This document shows positions 7,883-14,959 of a DNA stretch of 32,000 bases, piece by piece; position 1 is the stretch's first letter, and each line of letters opens with the position of its first letter. Made by a program: the position numbers and the translations under genes. The stretch comes from Candidatus Methylomirabilis limnetica (GTDB lineage Bacteria; Methylomirabilota; Methylomirabilia; Methylomirabilales; Methylomirabilaceae): the NCBI RefSeq assembly GCF_003044035.1, contig NZ_NVQC01000009.1:60001-92000 (forward strand), written 5' to 3'. The notes under the pieces were generated by a model. The model was not told where the DNA came from. It saw only the letters and a program-made list of their open reading frames with translations, and searched no databases.

Positions 7883-8230
7883 TCAGCCAGAAGCGGCAAC
7901 AGAAATGAGAACAGCGATCCGAAGCTCCAGTTGGCGGTTGTAATAGATGAAGAGATACAGGATCAGCGGAGACGGGTGCTCCAAGGGGGCCCATCGAGAA
8001 AGGAAAGCGAAATAGATGATCAATGTTGAGACGAAGGACCCGATCAGGGCGAGCCGGAGCAGCTTCTTACGCCGGGGACTCCACCGGGATAGCCGCAATA
8101 CCCGATCCCCTCTCACGAAGAGATAGATCTGCGATGCAACCAGCATCCCAACGATGATCGACCGGAGAAGTATAAACCGCATTGAGAGGGGCATCGTTTG
8201 GCGGGGGTCCACACAGGAGAAGGTGGACAA
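7883..8230 (-). CDS. Hypothetical multi-pass membrane protein, possibly a 5' gene fragment
   Basis: 115-aa ORF with about three hydrophobic helices and no recognisable soluble domain. It is in the same frame as, and abuts, the decayed region upstream of the hydrogenase-like remnant. It may be a truncated gene. Confidence 0.3.
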   Translation of the reverse strand: MSTFSCVDPRQTMPLSMRFILLRSIIVGMLVASQIYLFVRGDRVLRLSRWSPRRKKLLRLALIGSFVSTLIIYFAFLSRWAPLEHPSPLILYLFIYYNRQLELRIAVLISVAASG

Positions 8231-8356
8231 GCAATTCCATTAGTGCTAATAGATTTCCGTGATCCTCGCAAGCTTCTTTACTTCCCAAAAAGGGATGGTC
8301 TTTAAGGTGGAGGCGGCAGGGGGCGAGACGATGCAGTTGCAACGAGGCTGGTAAGC

Positions 8357-9265
8357 GTGGCGAACGTACTCGTCCGTCCGACTACTTTTGACTGGAACCC
8401 GGCCCTCGAATTACGGTTAGCAGGGATCGACGGTGGGGAGATCTTTTATGCCGTAGCCGGTGAGGGGGCCCCGGTGCTCTTGCTCCACGGCTTTGGAGGA
8501 GAGATCTGGATGTGGGAAAGGCAGGTGGAGGCGATGTCAAAGCGATATCGCCTGTACATCCCCGATCTCCTCGGATACGGCTATTCGGATCGGCCAAAGG
8601 TTGACTACACGCCGTCGCTTTTCGTCGATACGATCAGGCAGTTCATGGACCAAATCGGCGTAAGCCGTGCCAGCCTGATCGGAAACTCAATGGGTGCGGG
8701 GATCGCCTGGGCGTTTGCCCTCACCTACCCCACGCGAGTTGACAAGCTTATCCTGATCGATGGTATCCCCCCACATGTGGTCCCCGCGGTTCGAAGTCGC
8801 CTCTTGCGTTGGTTTCTCGCGATCCGACACATCCCCCTATTGCCTTACCTGGCTCTCGCATTACGGACTCGCCTCATGGTGCGGGCAGAGCTGATGGAGG
8901 CCATCTATGACGATCGGTTGGTCACTGACATGGTGGTCGAACGGCAGCACCAGATCAGCCGCATTGAAGGGACCGCCAGGGTCATGGCCTCTACGGTGCG
9001 CTACGCTGATGGGGTTGCTCGGTATGCCGACGCACTGGAGACCTTGCGCAAGCCAACGCTGATCATCTGGGGTGAACAGGATGAACTGTTTCCTGTGGCG
9101 GTGGGTTCGCAGCTCCACGCCTCAATCCGGGATTCCGAGCTGGTTGTCATTAAAGACAGCGGTCATATGGTGATGTGGGAGAAGCCCGACGAGACCAACC
9201 AGGCGATCCTGGAGTTCCTTGGCCGTCCCCCAGAGCGGTCGTGTACTGGTATCCCGCCACGATGA
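8357..9265 (+). CDS. Alpha/beta-fold hydrolase
   Basis: 302 aa with a GTG start. Oxyanion HGFGG, nucleophile elbow GNSMG and catalytic His in DSGHMVMWEKP. The last ~13 aa (RPPERSCTGIPPR) run past the usual family C-terminus into the island junction. Confidence 0.9.
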   Translation: MANVLVRPTTFDWNPALELRLAGIDGGEIFYAVAGEGAPVLLLHGFGGEIWMWERQVEAMSKRYRLYIPDLLGYGYSDRPKVDYTPSLFVDTIRQFMDQIGVSRASLIGNSMGAGIAWAFALTYPTRVDKLILIDGIPPHVVPAVRSRLLRWFLAIRHIPLLPYLALALRTRLMVRAELMEAIYDDRLVTDMVVERQHQISRIEGTARVMASTVRYADGVARYADALETLRKPTLIIWGEQDELFPVAVGSQLHASIRDSELVVIKDSGHMVMWEKPDETNQAILEFLGRPPERSCTGIPPR

Positions 9266-9384
9266 GCCTCGCTATCCGCAGCATCGACGCCCAGCGCGAC
9301 GAGCCGATCGGCCGGATCGAGAAGCAACTGCGCCAGCGCCACACGCTCAACCCAGTATTCGCGTTTCGGTGGAGTCTGGCATGA
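9262..9384 (+). pseudogene. 3' fragment, paralogous to the C-terminus of the 88-aa ORF at 10872-11138
   Basis: IDAQRDEPIGRIEKQLRQRHTLNPVFAFRWSLA versus IDTQRDELIKRIEGQLHQRHALKPVFTFRWRLA gives 24/33 identical by hand alignment. The N-terminal half of the full copy is absent. Confidence 0.55.
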
Positions 9385-9593
9385 AAACGAATGCCCCAGT
9401 CAACATAAAGCAACTGTCGGGTTTCCTGCGTCAGGGTGAGGGCCCGGCGCTGGAGTTCAAGCGTTCCACGGGCGAGATAAAGGAAAGCATGCAGACGCTT
9501 TGCGCCTTCCTCAACGGTATCGGCGGTACGGTCATCTTCGGCATCTGGCCGGACTGCGTGGCAGGCAGTCCGCCGTATGGGGGAGAACCGTGA
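9381..9593 (+). pseudogene. 5' fragment of a COG2865/AlbA_2-domain gene, paralogue of 11135-12631
   Basis: 70-aa ORF whose first 58 aa are about 70% identical (40/58 by hand) to the N-terminus of the 498-aa protein. It includes LEFKRSTGE..MQTLCAFLNGIGGTVIFGI. Homology stops at about 9555. Confidence 0.7.
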
Positions 9594-10660
9594 TGACGCT
9601 ACGCCAGTTCCTGGCCAAGCACGAAAGCGTTCCCGCAACGACTGCTTGGTATCTTGCGGATCTGGGTGAGGCGCGCGGCAAGCAGGAGTTGTTCACGCGG
9701 CAGTCCCCGCAACGCTTGAAAGCGCTGCAGGAGCACGCGCTTATCGAAAGTGCGGTCTCCTCCAACCGAATCGAGGGGGTGGAGGTGGACAAGGCGCGCA
9801 TCGGTACGCTCATTTTCGGCAAGCCATTTCTGCGGGACCGCAACGAGGAAGAAGTGCACGGGTATCGCCAAGCGCTGAAGCTCATCCACGAGAAGGGTTC
9901 GAAGCTGCCCCTGACCGAAGAGACGGTCCTCCGTTTACACCGGATGGCCCGCGGCGAAATCTGGGACGCGGGCAAATATAAGGAAAAAGACGGAGACATT
10001 ATTGAGAGGCATGCGGACGGCACCTCGCGCATCCGCTTCAAGACCGTGCCGGCCGCCAAGACGCCAGGTGCCATGAAGGATCTGATCGCGCTCTGGAATA
10101 CCTGCATCGAGGAGCGCGCGGTGCACCCCCTCATTGCTTTGGCGGCCTTCAATCTGGATTTTCTGTGCATTCATCCGTTTCGGGACGGGAACGGCAGGAC
10201 GTCTCGTCTGCTGTTCTTGCTCCAATGTTACCATCTCGGCTACGAGGCGGGACGGTACATCAGCCTGGAGCGCCTCATCGAGCAGAATAAGGATCGTTAT
10301 TACGACACCTTGGAGCGAAGCTCCGCGAAATGGCACGAAGGGAAACACAATCCCTGGCCGCATGTGAACTACCTGCTCTACATTCTCAAAACCGCCTGCA
10401 GGGAATTCGAAGACCGCCTGGGTCGGATCAAAAGTCCGCGAGGCGAGAAGACGGGGCTGGTCGTTCAGGCGATCCATCGCATGACGGACGTCTTCCGCGT
10501 CGCCGACCTGCAGAAACAATGCCCGTGGGTCAGTGTGGACATGATCCGGCGGGTGCTCAAAAATCTACGGGCGAAAGAAGCCGTGGAATGTCTGGGGCGC
10601 GGGCAAAGCGCCACGTGGCGAAAAACGCCCAAGTGGCGGGAATTGGGTAATACCGATTGA
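9593..10660 (+). CDS. Fic family protein (Fic_N, Fic core, C-terminal wHTH)
   Basis: 355 aa from the ATG at 9593 (TGATG overlap with the upstream ORF). Canonical Fic motif HPFRDGNGRTSRLL. An N-terminal SNRIEG matches the [ST]xxxE[GN] autoinhibitory helix motif. The upstream 31 codons in the ORF track look like spurious extension. Confidence 0.9.
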   Translation: MTLRQFLAKHESVPATTAWYLADLGEARGKQELFTRQSPQRLKALQEHALIESAVSSNRIEGVEVDKARIGTLIFGKPFLRDRNEEEVHGYRQALKLIHEKGSKLPLTEETVLRLHRMARGEIWDAGKYKEKDGDIIERHADGTSRIRFKTVPAAKTPGAMKDLIALWNTCIEERAVHPLIALAAFNLDFLCIHPFRDGNGRTSRLLFLLQCYHLGYEAGRYISLERLIEQNKDRYYDTLERSSAKWHEGKHNPWPHVNYLLYILKTACREFEDRLGRIKSPRGEKTGLVVQAIHRMTDVFRVADLQKQCPWVSVDMIRRVLKNLRAKEAVECLGRGQSATWRKTPKWRELGNTD

Positions 10661-10673
10661 ATTAGGTAATGAA

Positions 10674-10875
10674 TTGGGTATCGTTGGAGCGACGGGTTCG
10701 GAGAAAATCCTCGTGCTCCTTCGGCGGAATCCAGAGGGTTTCCGCCAGGGGCATTGCAGACGCCGTGGGTCTGACCTCGCGGGCCGTGGAGAAACATCTG
10801 AGCAAACTGAAGCAGGAGGGCCGCCTCAAGCGCATCGGCCCCGACAAGGGTGGACGCTGGGAGGTGACCCGATGA
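10674..10875 (+). pseudogene. Frameshifted C-terminal winged-helix module of a COG2865-type protein
   Basis: Helix 1 (GSEKILVLLRRNPE) is in the frame of ORF 10674-11138. The rest (VSARGIADAVGLTSRAVEKHLSKLKQEGRLKRIGPDKGGRWEV) is in the frame of ORF 10669-10875. The frames join if one G of the GGG run at 10736-10738 is removed. Confidence 0.55.
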
Positions 10876-11138
10876 CGGAACCCACGATCATCTGCTCCAA
10901 GTGCAAGACTGACATCAAGCTCACAGAATCGCTGGCCGCCGCGCTCAAGGACAAGCTCGAAGCTCAGAGGGGGCTCAAGTCGCTGGAGGCCGAGCGGAAT
11001 AGGAAGCGCCGGGAGCTCTTCGACGCGCAGGACGCCATCGATACCCAGCGGGATGAACTCATCAAGCGGATCGAGGGACAACTGCACCAGCGCCACGCGT
11101 TAAAGCCGGTGTTCACGTTCCGGTGGAGGCTGGCATGA
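10872..11138 (+). CDS. 88-aa CxxC + coiled-coil protein of unknown function
   Basis: ATG at 10872 (ATGA overlap upstream) and stop overlapping the next ATG (ATGA at 11135-11138). Sequence is MTEPTIICSKCKTDIKL, then a charged helical region, then the conserved tail KPVFTFRWRLA. Confidence 0.55.
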   Translation: MTEPTIICSKCKTDIKLTESLAAALKDKLEAQRGLKSLEAERNRKRRELFDAQDAIDTQRDELIKRIEGQLHQRHALKPVFTFRWRLA

Positions 11139-12631
11139 ACCGCGGCACGACGGTCAACGCGCAAGAGCTATCGACGCTCCTGACTCATGGCGAGGGGGAG
11201 TCCATTGAGTTCAAGCGTTCGACCGGCGAGATGAAGGAGGCCATGCAGACCTTGTGCGCCTTCCTCAACGGTATCGGCGGTACGGTCATCTTCGGCATCC
11301 GGCCGGACGGCACGGCGGAAGGCCAGGACGTGACCGACAAAACATTGCGGGAGATTGCCCAAGCCACGGAGCGCTTCGAGCCTGCCGTTCATCTCTCGAT
11401 CCGCCGCGCCAAGGCCGAGGCGCGCCGTGAGGTCGTCGCCGTTTCTGTCGAGGGGGGATTGGACAAACGCCCGTTCACCTATGACGGCCGTCCCTACGAG
11501 CGGGTCGGAAGCACCACGCGACGCATGGCGCAGTCCAGATATGAGAAGACGCTCATGGACCGCGCCCACGGCACGCGTCGCTGGGAAAATGAACCAGCCG
11601 AGCGGGTGGAACTACGGGATATCGATCGGGACGAGGTGTTCCGAATCGTCAACATCGCAGCCTCTCTGGGCCGTCTTGCGGGTCCCGTGGGATCACGATT
11701 GGCGGATATCCTGGATCGCCTCAAACTGCGCCGGGACGGGAAGATTCTGCAGGCCGCCGTGGTCCTATTCGGCAAGGAGTTCATGCCAGACTATCCGCAG
11801 TGCGAACTTCGCATGGCGCGGTTCAAGGGCACCGACAAGGCGGAATTCATGGACCAGCGTCAAGTCCGTGCTCCGGCGTTCAAATTGCTTGAAGAAGCCG
11901 AGTTGTTCTGCCAGCGCCATTTTCCGATGCCGGCCAAGGTCGTACCGGAACAGCTTCGCCGCGTTGAATCGCCGCTCATTCCGATTGACGCCATGCGCGA
12001 GATTCTGGTCAACGCGCTCATTCATCGAGACTATTCCATCGCGGGCGGTGCGGTTTCGCTGGCCATCTTCGATGACCGGGTAGAGGTTTGGAGCGCGGGT
12101 ACCTATCCAACCGGGATTACACCAGATAAACTGAGCAAGCCCCATTTGTCTGTACAGCGCAACCCGATCATTGCGGATGTTTTCAACAGAACGGGGCTGA
12201 TCGAGAAGTGGGGACGGGGAACGAACCGGGTTATTGCGATGTGCCGGAAGGCGGGCCTTGCTCCTCCGACATTCGATGAGATTACCGGGGCGGCCGTGGT
12301 CACCTTCCTGGTCAACGTGCTGGGGCCTGGACGCGAGTCCGCACAAGTCGCGGGACCAAGTCGGGACCAAGTCGGGACCAAGTCGGGACCAAGTCGGGAC
12401 CAAGTCGCCGTACTTGAGCGGTGCCGCGATGCCCGCGCCTTGCTGGAGATCATGGGGGTCGCGGGTCGCACCAACCGCACCAAATTTCGCGAAGGCGTTC
12501 TCAAGCCGCTGATTGAAGCGGGGCTTCTGGAGCCGACCATTCCCGACAAGCCGAGAAGTCGGATGCAGCGGTACAAGACTACGGGGGCCGGGCTGGCCAT
12601 GCTGGAGAAGGAACGTCATGGCGAACCATAA
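11135..12631 (+). CDS. COG2865-type protein: AlbA_2 (Schlafen-related) domain, HATPase_c_4-like domain, C-terminal wHTH
   Basis: 498 aa. N-terminus has IEFKRSTGE...CAFLNGIGGTVIFGI (AlbA_2). The centre has NALIHRDYS...RNPIIADVFNRTGLIEKWGRGTNR (HATPase_c_4 type). The C-terminus has NRTKFREGVLKPLIEAGLLEPTIPDKPRSRMQRYKTT. The stop overlaps the mod start by 14 nt. Confidence 0.85.
   Translation: MNRGTTVNAQELSTLLTHGEGESIEFKRSTGEMKEAMQTLCAFLNGIGGTVIFGIRPDGTAEGQDVTDKTLREIAQATERFEPAVHLSIRRAKAEARREVVAVSVEGGLDKRPFTYDGRPYERVGSTTRRMAQSRYEKTLMDRAHGTRRWENEPAERVELRDIDRDEVFRIVNIAASLGRLAGPVGSRLADILDRLKLRRDGKILQAAVVLFGKEFMPDYPQCELRMARFKGTDKAEFMDQRQVRAPAFKLLEEAELFCQRHFPMPAKVVPEQLRRVESPLIPIDAMREILVNALIHRDYSIAGGAVSLAIFDDRVEVWSAGTYPTGITPDKLSKPHLSVQRNPIIADVFNRTGLIEKWGRGTNRVIAMCRKAGLAPPTFDEITGAAVVTFLVNVLGPGRESAQVAGPSRDQVGTKSGPSRDQVAVLERCRDARALLEIMGVAGRTNRTKFREGVLKPLIEAGLLEPTIPDKPRSRMQRYKTTGAGLAMLEKERHGEP
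12351..12405 (+). repeat. Perfect tandem repeat, 5 x 11 bp (CGGGACCAAGT), inside a CDS
   Basis: Read directly: units at 12351, 12362, 12373, 12384 and 12395. A partial unit ACAAGTCG lies at 12343-12350 and CG follows. It encodes GPSRDQVGTKSGPSRDQV. Confidence 0.97.
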
Positions 12632-14423
12632 GACCAAGCTGGAGCTGACCTGGATCGGCAAGGAGAACCGGCCGAGGCTGGAGCCGCGCATCCTCGTCGA
12701 GGACCCGGAGAAGTCCTATCACGCCTCATCTCGGGTGAGCGACAAAGACACCTTCGATAATCGGCTCATCTTCGGGGACAACTTGCTCGCCCTCAAGGCG
12801 CTGGAGCAAGAGTTTGCCGGGAAGATCAAGTGCATCTACATCGACCCGCCGTTCAACACCCAGCAGGCGATGGAGCACTACGACGACGGCGTGGAACACT
12901 CGATCTGGCTGACGCTGATGCGTGACCGTTTGGAGATTCTGCACCGCCTGCTGGCAAGTGACGGCACGCTGTTCGTGCATATCGACGACAATGAGTTAGG
13001 CTATCTCATCGTCTTGCTGGATGAGATATTTGGTCGTCCGAACCGCGTTCACGTGGTTACGTTCAAGCAGGGTTCGGCGACCGGGCACAAGTCGATCAAC
13101 CCAGGGTGCGTCAACACAACGAACTACATCGTGATCTACGCTAAGAACAAGACGCCGTGGAAGCCGAATCGCCTGTTCACAGGCCGCGAACGCGACACGC
13201 GATACGGGCAGTTCATCGTCAACATTGAGGATCATCACGAGGGTTGGGAGATCGTCACGCTTACAAAGGCATTTGGAAGTGCGCTCGGCGTCACTGACAA
13301 AGACGCCCGGAAGATCATCAAGGATGAGCCGCAGCGAGTGGAGTCGTTCGTTCTGCAAAACGCCCGCAGAGTGATTCGTAATGCCAGGCCCAACTATGAA
13401 GGGGTTAGCGAATCCGCGAGAGAGATGATCGATGCTTCAAAACTTAAACCCAAGACTATCTTGAGGCTGGAGCGAGAAGATCACTCCGACATGTACTTCA
13501 GGAACGGCGAACGAATCCTCTTTTACGCAGACAAGCTCAAACTGGTGGATGGTGAATATGTGGCCGGTGAGCCGCTGACGACATTGTGGGATGACATCTT
13601 GTCAAACAACCTGCACAACGAGGGCGGCGTGGACTTTCCCAAGGGTAAGAAGCCCGAAGCCCTCATCAAGCGAATCCTTGAACTATCAACCAACTCCGGC
13701 GACTGGGTGCTCGACTCGTTTGCCGGGTCCGGCACTGCCGGCGCGGTGGCGCACAAGATGGGCCGCCGGTGGATCATGGTGGAGCTCGGCGAGCACTGCC
13801 ACACGCACATCATTCCGCGTCTGAAGAAGGTCGTTGACGGCGAAGACAAGGGCGGCATCACCGAGGCCGTGGGCTGGAAAGGCGGCGGGGGCTTCCGGTA
13901 TTACCGCCTTGCCCCGTCGCTCCTGGAAAAGGACCAGTTCGAGAACTGGGTCATCAACCGGAAATATAACGCCGCCATGCTGACCGAGGCGATCTGCAAG
14001 TTGGAGGGGTTCGCCTACGCCCCCAGTGACACAATCTACTGGCAGCACGGCCGCTCGACCGAGAAGGACTTCATCTACGTTACGACGCAGACGCTCGCCC
14101 GCGAGCAGATCCAGAAGCTCTCAGACGAGGTGGGCGAGGAGCGGAGCCTGCTCGTTCTATGCGGCGCGTTCCGCGTGAAGAACCTCGATGCGTTTCCGAA
14201 TCTGACGGTCAAGAAAATCCCCAAGACCGTGCTGTCCCGCTGCGAATGGGGCAAGGACGACTATAGCCTTGAGATCAGAAGCCTGCCCATGAAATCTGCC
14301 GAAGAGGAACCAGATGTCGCCGCGCCGCCCTTTGGTAAGAACCCGCGCACCAAGGCCGAGCGCCGGGACCATGCCCAAGCCACGCTGTTCGACCTGACGG
14401 GCGAAGAAGGGATGGGGTCGTGA
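12618..14423 (+). CDS. mod: Type III R-M DNA methyltransferase (Mod), beta-class N6/N4 MTase
   Basis: 601 aa from the ATG at 12618. Motif IV IYIDPPFN precedes motif I DSFAGSGTAG, with a variable region between them, as in Mod subunits. The 35 upstream codons in the track are likely not translated. Confidence 0.9.
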   Translation: MANHKTKLELTWIGKENRPRLEPRILVEDPEKSYHASSRVSDKDTFDNRLIFGDNLLALKALEQEFAGKIKCIYIDPPFNTQQAMEHYDDGVEHSIWLTLMRDRLEILHRLLASDGTLFVHIDDNELGYLIVLLDEIFGRPNRVHVVTFKQGSATGHKSINPGCVNTTNYIVIYAKNKTPWKPNRLFTGRERDTRYGQFIVNIEDHHEGWEIVTLTKAFGSALGVTDKDARKIIKDEPQRVESFVLQNARRVIRNARPNYEGVSESAREMIDASKLKPKTILRLEREDHSDMYFRNGERILFYADKLKLVDGEYVAGEPLTTLWDDILSNNLHNEGGVDFPKGKKPEALIKRILELSTNSGDWVLDSFAGSGTAGAVAHKMGRRWIMVELGEHCHTHIIPRLKKVVDGEDKGGITEAVGWKGGGGFRYYRLAPSLLEKDQFENWVINRKYNAAMLTEAICKLEGFAYAPSDTIYWQHGRSTEKDFIYVTTQTLAREQIQKLSDEVGEERSLLVLCGAFRVKNLDAFPNLTVKKIPKTVLSRCEWGKDDYSLEIRSLPMKSAEEEPDVAAPPFGKNPRTKAERRDHAQATLFDLTGEEGMGS

Positions 14424-14959
14424 AAACGAAGCCGGCGTCCGCCTTGTATGGCCGCATCAGAGAGATTCTCGAGTCCGCCCGTGCAAGTGTCGCACGCTCC
14501 GTCAATACCACTCAGGTTGTGGCCAACTGGTTGGTCGGTCGGGAAATCGTAGAAGAGGAGCAGAAGGGGAAGGCGAAGGCGGCGTATGGGGAGCGGCTCC
14601 TGGCGGAACTCTCCAGCCGCCTCCGAGCGGAGTATGGTAACGGCTACTCGGTGGACAATCTCGAACTGTTCCGCCGGTTTTATGGGGAATATCCCGCCTT
14701 AATCTCTGACGCGCTGCCTCGGAAATTCTCCATGCCGCAGATTTCCGACGCACTGCGTCGGAAATCGCCTCCCGCGGATTTGGGCGCACTCGCGTTCGGC
14801 GGATCAGAGGTGCGCGCCGCCATGAGATGGAGACCCGGGATACTGCATCCGAATCCCTCATGGACCCATTACCGGCCAACTGAGGCCGAGCTCCGAGCGG
14901 AATTGCGGCGTGAAGTACGCGCGCTCACCGCTCCCAAGAAGCACGGAGACGCGCAATGA
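14420..14959 (+). CDS. DUF1016 (YhcG) N-terminal-domain protein lacking the PD-(D/E)xK core
   Basis: 179 aa with a GTG start overlapping the mod stop (GTGA). The N-terminus LYGRIREILESARASVARSVNTTQVVANWLVGREIVEEEQKGKAKAAYGERLL matches the DUF1016 N-domain by eye. After SWTHYR it jumps to a C-terminal-tail-like PTEAELRAELRRE. There is no room for the nuclease domain. Confidence 0.65.
   Translation: MKTKPASALYGRIREILESARASVARSVNTTQVVANWLVGREIVEEEQKGKAKAAYGERLLAELSSRLRAEYGNGYSVDNLELFRRFYGEYPALISDALPRKFSMPQISDALRRKSPPADLGALAFGGSEVRAAMRWRPGILHPNPSWTHYRPTEAELRAELRREVRALTAPKKHGDAQ

Noticed and set aside
12351-12405. Whether the tandem 11-mers could be a CRISPR-like array.
   Set aside because: The units are contiguous with no spacers, 11 bp long and inside a CDS. 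This is a simple-sequence repeat, not CRISPR.
12513-12617. N-terminal extensions of track ORFs: Mod from 12513, Fic from 9500, NTase from 21290, NUDIX to 18418, GAF kinase from 18327, PanE from 22203 and RlpA from 27995.
   Set aside because: The extensions lack family similarity and overlap upstream genes. Internal starts coincide with RBS-like sequences, stop/start overlaps or the conserved family N-termini.
11765-12691. 308-aa minus-strand ORF. Similar long antisense ORFs occur at 9532-10170, 9935-10519, 14869-15591, 16954-17673 and 31279-31737.
   Set aside because: Each lies opposite a CDS with clear family motifs (COG2865, Fic, Res, LptD). These are low-complexity, stop-poor frames expected in GC-rich DNA.
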